The position numbers and the translations under genes are program-made. Below, piece by piece: positions 39,933-48,005 of a DNA stretch of 64,000 nucleotides. How positions within the stretch are numbered: position 1 is the stretch's first letter; each line of letters begins with the position of its first letter. Where the stretch lies: contig CAZUJF010000027.1 of NCBI GenBank assembly GCA_964619955.1, positions 1,134 to 65,133 on the forward strand. The letters are read 5' to 3'. Source of the DNA: an uncultured Planctomycetales bacterium (lineage in GTDB: Bacteria; Planctomycetota; MHYJ01; JACPRB01). The notes below the pieces were generated by a model. The model worked only from the letters and a program-made list of their open reading frames with translations. It did no database searches and had not been told where the DNA came from.

Positions 39933-40039
39933 CGATCTATCCAAGCTCCACATCTCACGGCCCCATCGCGGTAAACGGCCGCCGCTGTCACTAGCCGGCG
40001 CCCGCGCAGACGGGCGTTCACTTCCGGAGAAGGAGGGGG

Positions 40040-40068
40040 AGTTTATAAGGGGCCCCCCGGCAAGTCAA
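40040..40068 (-). promoter_or_regulatory. Putative sigma70 promoter of the glmU block
   Basis: Minus strand TTGACT-17 bp-TAAACT. Confidence 0.6.
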
Positions 40069-40088
40069 GGCCCCCCTTCGGGATTCGC

Positions 40089-40520
40089 TCAGGTTCCGAT
40101 CCAGTCGACCTGGAGCAGGCCGTCCGCCTCGAGACGCCGAAAGTCCGGATCCCCCGTCACCAGCGGGGCGCCGGCGCGCCGGGCGCTTTCCGCCGCGACC
40201 GCGTCGGCATAGGAGATCGGAAAACGCGCCTTGAGCCGGGCCGCGGCGAGGAGGAGCGTTCCAGGAACGGGGACGCTCCGGACGGGCATGCGGCGGAACT
40301 CCCGGAGGAAGTCCTCCGCATCCGCAAGGCCGCTCTTCTTCGCGAGGATGTAATAGACCTCGCCGAGATTGATGAGGCTCATCAGGAGTTCCAGGCGGCC
40401 CGCTTCGGATTCCTCGAGGAGCCTACGGACCTCGTCGGCCGCCCGGGGCGCCCCTTGGAGCCAGGAGAGGATCGCCCACGAATCAAGGACCTTTCTGGAG
40501 CTCGTGTTTTTCTTCGGCAC
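40089..40520 (-). CDS. PIN-domain (VapC-type) toxin
   Basis: VLDSWA; NLGEVYY; ISYADA..A; LVTGDPDF; GGAGG upstream of GTG. Confidence 0.88.
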   Translation of the reverse strand: MPKKNTSSRKVLDSWAILSWLQGAPRAADEVRRLLEESEAGRLELLMSLINLGEVYYILAKKSGLADAEDFLREFRRMPVRSVPVPGTLLLAAARLKARFPISYADAVAAESARRAGAPLVTGDPDFRRLEADGLLQVDWIGT

Positions 40521-40728
40521 GATGGTCCTCCTTCAAGGCCTTCGTGAGATCGACTCCGGAATACTTTCCCTGCCAGGCACGCCACGCGGAGGAGCTCCGG
40601 GCTTTCCGGAGGACGACGCAGGCGTCCCCGACCTCGATCTCAAGCTCGCTGCCTTCCGTGAAATCCAGCCGCTCACGGACCTGCTGGGGGATGACCACCT
40701 GGCCCTTCGACGAGACGCGAGTCTTCAT
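40483..40728 (-). CDS. AbrB/MazE-fold antitoxin
   Basis: MKTRVSSKGQVVIP..VRERL....G..L; overlaps the PIN gene. Confidence 0.88.
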   Translation of the reverse strand: MKTRVSSKGQVVIPQQVRERLDFTEGSELEIEVGDACVVLRKARSSSAWRAWQGKYSGVDLTKALKEDHRAEEKHELQKGP

Positions 40729-40741
40729 GGCGGCCTCCGAC

Positions 40742-40764
40742 AATCTTACTACTAGTGTAAGATT
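40742..40764. promoter_or_regulatory. Inverted repeat, probable TA autoregulatory operator
   Basis: AATCTTAC-7 bp-GTAAGATT, 13 bp upstream of the antitoxin ATG. Confidence 0.7.
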
Positions 40765-40983
40765 ATCCGAAGTCCGCCTCGAAGTCCAGTCGGATCGTGC
40801 GCGAAGGATCATCTCACTCCTCCACTATATGTAGGAGCTCCGAACTGCGGCCTACAACGGGGGGCGGGAGCCCCGCGGACCGGATCCGCGAACCAGGCGC
40901 CCCGCCCCCCGGACCTCTGCCAAACCGGAGATCTATCTCATCGGAGCGCCGCCCCGGCAGGAACGGCCTCCGCAGTTTGCACG

Positions 40984-41388
40984 CTACTCCTCCGCTTTCT
41001 CATCCTCGCCGGCGTCCTCTTCCGCGGCGGCCGGCGGCGCCTCTGCCGTCTCGGGTTTGGGACCGAGGAACTGCACCGACTGGGCGACGATCTTCAGCTT
41101 GGAGCGGTTCTGCTGGGTCTTCGCATCCACCCAGCGGTCCTGGCGCAGCGAGCCCGTGATGAGGATCTCGCGGCCCTTCTTGAGAAACTGGGCGCAGATC
41201 TCGGCCGCGCGGCGCCACACATCCACGTCCACGAACGTCGTCGTCTGGACTTTCTGCCCGTCGCCGCGAGTGAAGCGCCGCGACGTCGCCACGCTCAGAG
41301 TGCAGAGCGGGGCCCCGCCGCCCACGTACTTGAGTTCGGGATCCCGCGTCAGCCGTCCCACGATCACCACGCTTGAGTAGTCCGCCAT
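40984..41388 (-). CDS. ssb: Second single-stranded DNA-binding protein
   Basis: VIVGRLTRDPELKY; GSLRQDRW; acidic tail lacking the terminal (D)IPF. Confidence 0.88.
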   Translation of the reverse strand: MADYSSVVIVGRLTRDPELKYVGGGAPLCTLSVATSRRFTRGDGQKVQTTTFVDVDVWRRAAEICAQFLKKGREILITGSLRQDRWVDAKTQQNRSKLKIVAQSVQFLGPKPETAEAPPAAAEEDAGEDEKAEE

Positions 41389-41473
41389 CGTTCACCTCCG
41401 GTTTTTCTCTGGAGGAACGAGAGCAAGCCCCGTGCCAGCAATCTCCCTAGGGAAAGCTGCGGCGCGCCTCGTC

Positions 41474-41575
41474 CCCGCGTTACGTGGCGTAACGTCACGT
41501 TTCAAAACGTAACATCGAATTCCCGGATCCCCGAATCTCCTCCCCGGCTGACGCGCGGCACGGCGCTTGCTCGCT
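41474..41575. repeat. Intergenic repeated element, copy A (43-bp core with palindrome CGTTACG-TGG-CGTAACG)
   Basis: Core 41474-41516 is 39/43 identical to 47331-47373; weaker similarity extends about 60 bp further. Confidence 0.85.
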
Positions 41576-41584
41576 CGTGCGTTG

Positions 41585-42079
41585 ATGAGCGATTTGCCGG
41601 CGCTGGAATCGAGGATCTTCACGATTCGAGGCCATCGGGTCATGCTCGACAGCGACCTGGCCGTCTTGTACGGAACGGATACTCGCAGCCTGAACCAGCA
41701 GGTCCGCCGCAATCTGGATCGCTTTCCGGATGATTTCGCCTTCATTTTGACCGCCAAGGAGGCGGGAAACTTGATGTCACAAACTGTGACATCAAGTTAT
41801 GGCGGAAGGAGGAAGCCTCCCCGGGTATTCACCGAGCACGGAGCCGTGATGCTCGGCAACGTGTTGAGAAGCCGCGTGGCGGTGCGGACGAGCATCGAAG
41901 TGGCACGGGCGTTCGTGCGTCTTCGGATGCTGATCGGCACTCAACGCGAGCTCGCCAAGCGCCTGGATGACCTGGAGCGGAAATACGATCGGCAATTCAA
42001 GTCTGTGTTCGAAGCCATTCGCGCGCTGATGGAGCCGGAGGATGCTCCGCCGAAGGCACGGATCGGATTTCATCCTTGA
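41585..42079 (+). CDS. ORF6N domain-containing DNA-binding protein
   Basis: IFTIRGHRVMLDSDLA.LYG; LNQQVRRNLDRFPDDFAF.L; FTEHGAVML..VLRS; C-terminal RIGF. Confidence 0.88.
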   Translation: MSDLPALESRIFTIRGHRVMLDSDLAVLYGTDTRSLNQQVRRNLDRFPDDFAFILTAKEAGNLMSQTVTSSYGGRRKPPRVFTEHGAVMLGNVLRSRVAVRTSIEVARAFVRLRMLIGTQRELAKRLDDLERKYDRQFKSVFEAIRALMEPEDAPPKARIGFHP

Positions 42080-42231
42080 AGAAGACCGCCCTGCACGCCG
42101 TAAATATCTTCCCCGTGTTTGTCAAAGCTTCGCGCTTGAAGTCTCTCCCAAAGCTGCCCCTCCATCAGGAGAATCATGGTCCCCGGGAGGGGATAGTTAC
42201 CGAGCTCTGGCTTCCCAGCCCAGAGGGGCGC

Positions 42232-43278
42232 CTATGAGAGAGCCACATCGAGCGCTTTTAGAAACTGACGCGTATCTGCATAGTAGTTCGGATAAGCTGC
42301 CCTGAGGAAGCGGGCACCAGGGACCCACACAAGGACGGCATCCATATCCTGCGACTTATTCTTCTCTAGATTGGCAATTGCACGCTGGGCCTCTTCACGA
42401 TCTTTGTACCCAGTTGCTTGGATTGTGCTCGCGGCGACATTTAGCACAAGAAGTAACCATTTGAAGTTTTTCACATTGCGACTTGGAAGGGTTTGAAGGA
42501 CATCAGTCCAACCTTGCAGTCGCTCTCGAACCTTCAAGCTGTTCGCGGCTTCCTTCAACTCATCACGTAGCGCCAGATTATCGATAGGCGTACTGTCGAC
42601 TTGCGGCGTACCTTCGCGCCTGGCCAATGCTGAGCCCATCAACGAGAAAAATCGGCGCCACTCCTGAGGGCCAGCCCCAAACTTCAACGGTTGCCGCGTG
42701 AAGGTCGTGACTGTCTCAACCGCAGTTGCAAAGGCATGCTGCAATCGCGTCCTTAGCTGAATCTCGATTCTCTGCCCATTCCAGGCTTCATGACGTGGAT
42801 CACGAGCCTGGTAGCGCCCAATCAAGTGAATGCCTCTATATCCATCGCCTTTCGGCGCTTGGATATAGTCGTAACATTTCGGGTCAATTTCTGGCCGAGA
42901 ATGGGTCGATTCGTCGCAATACCGTTTACAGACTTCATAGACCGAATCGATGCTTGAGAGTATAGCGCGACACCCACCAAGATCTTGCATCTGTGTCAGC
43001 TTCATGGTGGGCTCACGAACGAGCTTGTTCGTGACAGAGGAGAATCTTTTCAGCCGTTGAGCCACCAGCGCCTTTGATTCAACTCTGCTTGCGCGCTGCC
43101 TCAGACTCATCTGAAACGTGTTGAGAGGAAATGAATGACAGGTGCGCCAATTCTCTACGGTCATAAAGGAAGCGCCGAGGTCGGCTGGAGGAGTTCCGCC
43201 TCTCCACCAAGGTACCAAGAGCTCACCGGCACGATCAATTGCGCCTTTGCCGTACCCACGCTTGACCCATTCGGACAT
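42232..43278 (-). CDS. Fused CapRel-like toxic small alarmone synthetase (RelA/SpoT domain plus C-terminal sensor)
   Basis: AQRLKR; MQDLGGCRA; DYI..PK.DGYRGIH; IEIQLRT.LQHAFATAVE; EWRRFF; C-terminal AYPNYY; visibly AT-richer than its flanks. Confidence 0.75.
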   Translation of the reverse strand: MSEWVKRGYGKGAIDRAGELLVPWWRGGTPPADLGASFMTVENWRTCHSFPLNTFQMSLRQRASRVESKALVAQRLKRFSSVTNKLVREPTMKLTQMQDLGGCRAILSSIDSVYEVCKRYCDESTHSRPEIDPKCYDYIQAPKGDGYRGIHLIGRYQARDPRHEAWNGQRIEIQLRTRLQHAFATAVETVTTFTRQPLKFGAGPQEWRRFFSLMGSALARREGTPQVDSTPIDNLALRDELKEAANSLKVRERLQGWTDVLQTLPSRNVKNFKWLLLVLNVAASTIQATGYKDREEAQRAIANLEKNKSQDMDAVLVWVPGARFLRAAYPNYYADTRQFLKALDVALS

Positions 43279-43318
43279 TCAGGTCAAGTCTACTGCAAGC
43301 ATCTAGCGATATCTACCG

Positions 43319-43813
43319 GTGGTAGGGTCTTGGGGGATCGAGACGCGTATCCTCGCGTTTCGGGGGCAACGCGTCCTGCTGGGCCAGGACTTGGCGCGTC
43401 TCTACCAGGTCCGGGTCAAGGTTCTGAACCAGGCGGTGAAACGCAATGGACGGAGATTCCCCGAGGACTTCGTCTTCCGGCTCACCCCGAACGAAGTCCG
43501 GGAGCTCCGGTCACAATCTGTGACCGCATCCCGGCGCAACGCGCGCCACCTTCCCCTCGCCATCACCGAGCACGGCGCCCTCATGGCCGCCAACGTCCTG
43601 CGCAGCCCCGTGGCGGTCCGGGCGAGCCTGGAAGTCGTGCGCGCCTTCGTCCGTCTCCGCTCGATCATCAGCTCCCATCGGGACCTGGCACGGCGCCTCG
43701 ATGATCTGGAGCGGCACTATGACCGGCAGTTCAAGCCCGTCTTCGACGCCATCCGCGGCCTGATGGAGCCGGAGGAGGACCCACCGAAAACCCGGATCGG
43801 ATTTCACCCCTGA
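43319..43813 (+). CDS. Second ORF6N domain-containing protein
   Basis: ILAFRGQRVLL..DLA.LY; LNQAVKRN..RFPEDFVF.L; TEHGALMAANVLRS; RIGFHP. Confidence 0.88.
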   Translation: MVGSWGIETRILAFRGQRVLLGQDLARLYQVRVKVLNQAVKRNGRRFPEDFVFRLTPNEVRELRSQSVTASRRNARHLPLAITEHGALMAANVLRSPVAVRASLEVVRAFVRLRSIISSHRDLARRLDDLERHYDRQFKPVFDAIRGLMEPEEDPPKTRIGFHP

Positions 43814-43861
43814 GGAGGTGCCGGATCCCTCACTGAAAATCGCCCCTTCCGATGGGCCGCC

Positions 43862-43890
43862 TTGCCCGGCCCTTTTAAAGAGGATAAAAT
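43862..43890 (+). promoter_or_regulatory. Putative leaderless sigma70 promoter
   Basis: TTGCCC-17 bp-TAAAAT; ATG 7 bp downstream at 43898. Confidence 0.55.
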
Positions 43891-43897
43891 CATGGGG

Positions 43898-44137
43898 ATG
43901 GAGTACAGCTCGCTCTACGCCGCGATCGATGCGAGGCCGTTCCGACCCTTCAAGCTCGAACTCGTCAGCGGCCGGCAGGTCGAGGTCAGACATCCCGAAA
44001 ACGTCCTGATCCTGCCCGACCGGAATCGGGTGCAGCTCATCGAGGTGTACCAGTCGGACCCCTTCGACATGGTCCTGATCTGGTCCGGAGGTCTTGTGGG
44101 GCTGCTGTATCCCGCCTCGGATGCGCCCGCAGCCTGA
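43898..44137 (+). CDS. Small 'RPFxPF' family protein, paralog 1
   Basis: ARPFRPFKLELVSGRQVEVRHPEN; similar to 47498 and 47762. Confidence 0.75.
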   Translation: MEYSSLYAAIDARPFRPFKLELVSGRQVEVRHPENVLILPDRNRVQLIEVYQSDPFDMVLIWSGGLVGLLYPASDAPAA

Positions 44138-44167
44138 ACGACGCCTCCCATCCGCTATACTTGGGAC

Positions 44168-45730
44168 ATGGTTAAGCTGTTTGCCCTGCTCCTGCTCTCC
44201 CAGGCGGCGGCCGATCCCGCCCCCGAGGAGATCCAGAAGGCCCGAGAGGAACTCCGCGCGCTGCTGCGCGACCAGTACGCGCGTCCCCAGCCGGAACAAC
44301 GCCAGGCGCTCGCCCGCAAGCTGCTGGGCGCGGCGGAGACGGAGCCCCAGCCCGCCCAGCGCCTCGCCATGCTCCTGGAGGCGGGCGACGTGGCCGTGGA
44401 CGGCGGCGACCTGCCGGACGCCGTCGCCGCGCTCGAGACGCTTTCCAAAGGACGCGGACGCTGGCCCGCCCTCCGCCTCAAGGTCCTCGAACTCCAGGAG
44501 CGCAAGGACAAGGCCGGGGCGGCGCCCGAGGGCTGGATGCGGCTCTGCAGGGAGGCCCTCGAGGACGACGAATACACGCTCGCCCAGAAGGCCGCGGACA
44601 AGGCGGAGTCGACGGCCTCCCGCCGGAAGGACGCCGCCTCCCTGGAACAGGCCAAGGCCCTCAAGGAACAGACCCGCTCCCTGGCGAGGGAGTTCAAGAA
44701 CGTCGAGGACTCCTTCCGGCGTCTGAAGGAGGCGCCCGAGGATCCCGCCGCCTCCGACGCGGTCGGCCGCTTCCTCTGCTTCACCCGGGACCGCTGGGCG
44801 CAGGGTCTGCCCCATCTGGCCCGCTCCGCCGATGCGGCGCTGGCCGAGGCCGCCGCGGCCGAGCTCGCCAAGCCTGCGACGTCCGAGGCGCAGGCCAAGA
44901 CCGCCCGGGCCTGGCGCCAGGCGGCCGACAAGAAGCCGGCACGCCTCAAGACCGCCTGCGAGGAGCGGGCCCTGGAATGGTACGGGACCGCGCTGCAGAA
45001 GGCGGCGGGGATGGCGCAGATCGAGCTGCAGCAGGAAGTGGACGCTTTCGTCAAGACGTTCCCGGCGAGCGAGGCGCCGCTCCCGGGCCTGGTCTTCTGG
45101 GTGGAGCCCGGACGGAATCCCGGCACCCCCTTCCGCGAACTTCAGCGCGGGCTGACGGGGGAGAACCTCGGCGTCACGCCGGGGCCCGCGGGCACGCCCG
45201 CGCTGCACTTCAACGGCAAGAGCTCGGTGGTCTATCCCGCGGCGGGGCCGGTGGGCGCCGTCACCCGCGGCGGCTCGGTCTTCGCGTGGATCAAGGTGGA
45301 GGACCCCACCCAGTTCGGGACCATCGTGAACCGCTGCGAGAACAGGTTCGAGGGCCCCGAGGACTTCGGCCTCTACGTCCACGCCGGCCACCTACAGTGC
45401 TACATCAACTGGGAGCCGCCGGACCGGCCGCCGATCGGGTATGGAACGGCGGCGGTGCCCGCCGGAAAGTGGTTCCTCGGGGGCTACACCTGGGATGAGT
45501 CCCGCGTGACGTTCTACGCGGACGGGAAGAAGGACAACTCGATCGCGCTCGCCAAAAACACGCCGCTGCCGCGGGGCTCGAAGGTGGTCCTCGGCGTGAG
45601 CACCCCCGCGGGGCCCGCGGGCATGGAGCACTTCATCGGGCTCACGGGATCGGTGATGATCTTCAACCGCACCCTCTCGGACCCGGAGGTCGAGCGGCTC
45701 CACACGCTCACGCTGAGGCGATTCCGTTAG
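44168..45730 (+). CDS. Exported protein, helical N-terminal region plus C-terminal LamG/concanavalin-A-like domain
   Basis: Signal peptide; ALHFNG; SVFAWIK; GKWF...YTWD...FYADG; GSVMIFNRTLS. Confidence 0.75.
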   Translation: MVKLFALLLLSQAAADPAPEEIQKAREELRALLRDQYARPQPEQRQALARKLLGAAETEPQPAQRLAMLLEAGDVAVDGGDLPDAVAALETLSKGRGRWPALRLKVLELQERKDKAGAAPEGWMRLCREALEDDEYTLAQKAADKAESTASRRKDAASLEQAKALKEQTRSLAREFKNVEDSFRRLKEAPEDPAASDAVGRFLCFTRDRWAQGLPHLARSADAALAEAAAAELAKPATSEAQAKTARAWRQAADKKPARLKTACEERALEWYGTALQKAAGMAQIELQQEVDAFVKTFPASEAPLPGLVFWVEPGRNPGTPFRELQRGLTGENLGVTPGPAGTPALHFNGKSSVVYPAAGPVGAVTRGGSVFAWIKVEDPTQFGTIVNRCENRFEGPEDFGLYVHAGHLQCYINWEPPDRPPIGYGTAAVPAGKWFLGGYTWDESRVTFYADGKKDNSIALAKNTPLPRGSKVVLGVSTPAGPAGMEHFIGLTGSVMIFNRTLSDPEVERLHTLTLRRFR

Positions 45731-45783
45731 CCGGATGAGATGAACTCCCTCCCGGCCTTGTAGGTACTTCCGGGAGCCCCGAC

Positions 45784-46638
45784 ATGAAGACTCTGATCGC
45801 CGTCCTCGCCTTCGCGGCCCCGGCGGCCGCCCAGGACGTCGCACGCGACGTCCCCTACGCGTCCCCCGCGCTCGAGCGGCAGGTGCTGGACATCCACGCC
45901 CCCAAGGACGCCAAGAACCGGCCCGTCGTCTTCTGGATCCACGGCGGCGGCTGGCAGGCCGGGGACAAGACCGCCGTGCAGGAGAAGCCGAAGGCGTTCA
46001 CGGACCGGGGCTTCGTGTTCGTCGCGACGAACTACCGCCTGCTCCCCCACGTGGAGATGGAGACGATCTTCCGCGACGTCGCGAAAGCCCTGGGCTGGGT
46101 GCACCAGAACATCGCCGCGCACGGCGGCGATCCCACGCGCATCTTCGTGATGGGGCACTCCGCGGGGGCGCAGCTCGCCGCCCTGCTCTGCATCGACGAC
46201 CGCTACCTCAAGGCCGAAGGGGTGCCCTTCTCCGTCCTCCTGGGCTGCGTCCCCGTCGACGGCGACACCTACGACGTGCCCGCGATCATCGAGACCGCCG
46301 AGACGCGCCGCCGCGTGCACGGCGAGCCGCAGGCGAAGGTCGGCCATCGCGAGAAGTTCGGCAACGACCCGGCGAAACACCGCGATTACTCGGCCGTGAC
46401 GCACGTCGCGAAGGACAAGGGGATCCCGCCGTTCCTGATCCTCCACGTGGCCGAGCATCCGGACACCAGCGCCCAGGCGCGGCGGCTGGCCTCGGTCCTC
46501 AAGCAGGCCGGCATCCCGGCCACCCTCTTCGGCGGCAAGGACACGGGCCACTCCAAGCTCAACGAGACGATCGGCACGGCCGACGACCCCGGGACGAAGG
46601 CGATCGACGCCTTCATGGCGGGGCTGCTGAAGAAATGA
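45784..46638 (+). CDS. Alpha/beta hydrolase (carboxylesterase-like)
   Basis: LDIHAP; HGGGW; NYRL; GHSAG nucleophile elbow; C-terminal His. Confidence 0.88.
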   Translation: MKTLIAVLAFAAPAAAQDVARDVPYASPALERQVLDIHAPKDAKNRPVVFWIHGGGWQAGDKTAVQEKPKAFTDRGFVFVATNYRLLPHVEMETIFRDVAKALGWVHQNIAAHGGDPTRIFVMGHSAGAQLAALLCIDDRYLKAEGVPFSVLLGCVPVDGDTYDVPAIIETAETRRRVHGEPQAKVGHREKFGNDPAKHRDYSAVTHVAKDKGIPPFLILHVAEHPDTSAQARRLASVLKQAGIPATLFGGKDTGHSKLNETIGTADDPGTKAIDAFMAGLLKK

Positions 46639-46645
46639 GGATGAG

Positions 46646-47323
46646 ATGCTGACGTGGATGCTGCTGCTGGCGGCCGCCCAGGACGATCTCGGCAGTCTTG
46701 AACAGTGGAAGAAGGCGGGCGCCTGGTTCGAGGCGGGCGACGCGGCGCTGGACCCTGCGAATCCGAAGCTGCTGGCCGGCACGGACGGCAAGGGCGTGCT
46801 CGTCAACGGGAAGGACGGAAAGACGTCCAACCTCTTCAGCCGCGCCGAGTACGGCGACGTCGAGGCGCACGTCGAGTTCATGGTCTCGAAGGGCTCCAAC
46901 TCCGGGATCTATTTCTGCGGCCGCTATGAGGTCCAGGTGCTCGACAGCTTCGGGAAGAAGGACCCCACCTACACCGATTGCGGCGGCATCTACCAGCGCT
47001 GGGACCCGAAGCGCGGCAAGGGCAAGGAGGGCTTCGAGGGGCACGCCCCGAAGGTCAACGCCTCGAAGGCCCCGGGCGAATGGCAGTCCTTCGACGTGGT
47101 TTTCCGCGCGCCGCGCTTCGGCCCCGACGGGAAGAAGACCTCGAACGCGACGTTCGTGAAGGTCCTGCACAACGGGCAGCTCGTGCACGAGAACGTCGAG
47201 GTCACGGGCACGACGCGCGCGGGGGCCTGGGAGGACGAAAAACCCGCGGGCCCGCTCATGCTCCAGGGCGACCACGGCCCCGTGGCCTGGCGCAACCTGA
47301 AGCTCCGCGCGCTCAAGGAGTGA
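46646..47323 (+). CDS. DUF1080 (3-keto-disaccharide hydrolase-like) protein
   Basis: NSGIY; YEVQVLDS; GEWQSFDV; HNG; LQGDHGPVAWRN. Confidence 0.85.
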   Translation: MLTWMLLLAAAQDDLGSLEQWKKAGAWFEAGDAALDPANPKLLAGTDGKGVLVNGKDGKTSNLFSRAEYGDVEAHVEFMVSKGSNSGIYFCGRYEVQVLDSFGKKDPTYTDCGGIYQRWDPKRGKGKEGFEGHAPKVNASKAPGEWQSFDVVFRAPRFGPDGKKTSNATFVKVLHNGQLVHENVEVTGTTRAGAWEDEKPAGPLMLQGDHGPVAWRNLKLRALKE

Positions 47324-47330
47324 GCGCCAG

Positions 47331-47431
47331 CCCGCGTTACGTGGCGTAACGTCGCGTTTCGAATCGTAACGTCAGGACCCAGTCCGGATCCCGCTCCCCC
47401 TCGGAGCGCGACGGGCACGGGATTTGCTCGG
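47331..47431. repeat. Intergenic repeated element, copy B
   Basis: CCCGCGTTACGTGGCGTAACGTCGCGTTTCGAATCGTAACGTC, same orientation as copy A. Confidence 0.85.
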
Positions 47432-47497
47432 AGATTCCACGGCACCACGGCTTGCCGCCCCGACGCGGCCGGGGTACCCTTCTTGAGGAGTATGACC

Positions 47498-47722
47498 ATG
47501 GATGTGAGCCGCGTCTTCGAGCTCCTGGATCGCCGTCCCTTCTTCCCCTTCGAGGTGGATCTGGAAAACGGCCACCGCATCCCGGTGACCCACCCGGAAA
47601 ATGTGGTCATCTTCCCCGACCGGGCGAGGGTCCGGGAGATCCTGGTCTACTACCCCGAGCAGGACAGGCGCTCGATCATCTGGCCCGAAGGGATCAGAGC
47701 CCTCCACGTCGAGGGCCCCTGA
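47498..47722 (+). CDS. Small 'RPFxPF' family protein, paralog 2
   Basis: RRPFFPFEVDLENGHRIPVTHPEN; GAGGAG SD; upstream TTGCCG-17-TACCCT. Confidence 0.75.
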   Translation: MDVSRVFELLDRRPFFPFEVDLENGHRIPVTHPENVVIFPDRARVREILVYYPEQDRRSIIWPEGIRALHVEGP

Positions 47723-47761
47723 CGGCCCGGGCCCCCCTTGGAAAGGAGCTATACTTCCATG

Positions 47762-47995
47762 ATGCGAAAAGAGGATCTTGACAAGTTTGCGCTGGCCCGG
47801 CCCTTCAAGCCGTTCGAGATCCGCCTCAACGACGGACAACGCTTCCGCTTCCGGAAAATCGAGCAATTCATCGTCGGCCGGACCACGGTCGTGACCGCGA
47901 ATCGCAGCGGCGATTTCAAGTTCATCAACATGAGCCTGATCTCCACGATCGGCCCTATCACCCGGGGCAACCGCCGCCGCCCTGGGTCTGGATAA
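47762..47995 (+). CDS. Small 'RPFxPF' family protein, paralog 3
   Basis: ARPFKPFEIRLNDG...INMSLISTIGP; TATACT 6 bp upstream of ATG. Confidence 0.72.
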   Translation: MRKEDLDKFALARPFKPFEIRLNDGQRFRFRKIEQFIVGRTTVVTANRSGDFKFINMSLISTIGPITRGNRRRPGSG

Positions 47996-48005
47996 GGGAG
48001 CGTCC

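Noticed and set aside
41785-41790. TGTGA/TCACA boxes as a CRP/FNR site
   Set aside because: Arm order and spacing (TCACA-N3-TGTGA) are the reverse of TGTGA-N6-TCACA.
42177-42201. TGGTCCCCGGGAGGGGATAGTTACC, whose reverse complement ends ...CCCCTCCCGGGGACCA like a tRNA 3' end or att site
   Set aside because: No TTCGA T-loop, no rest of the cloverleaf, no matching copy in the window and no integrase.
43261-43288. Inverted repeat CTTGACC-14-GGTCAAG at the CapRel start
   Set aside because: Only 7-bp arms, overlapping coding sequence and a putative promoter; insufficient support alone.
41474-47431. Repeated element as an integron attC site or CRISPR repeat
   Set aside because: Only two copies about 5.9 kb apart; the arms are ordered GTT...AAC rather than RYYYAAC...GTTRRRY; no integrase or cas genes.
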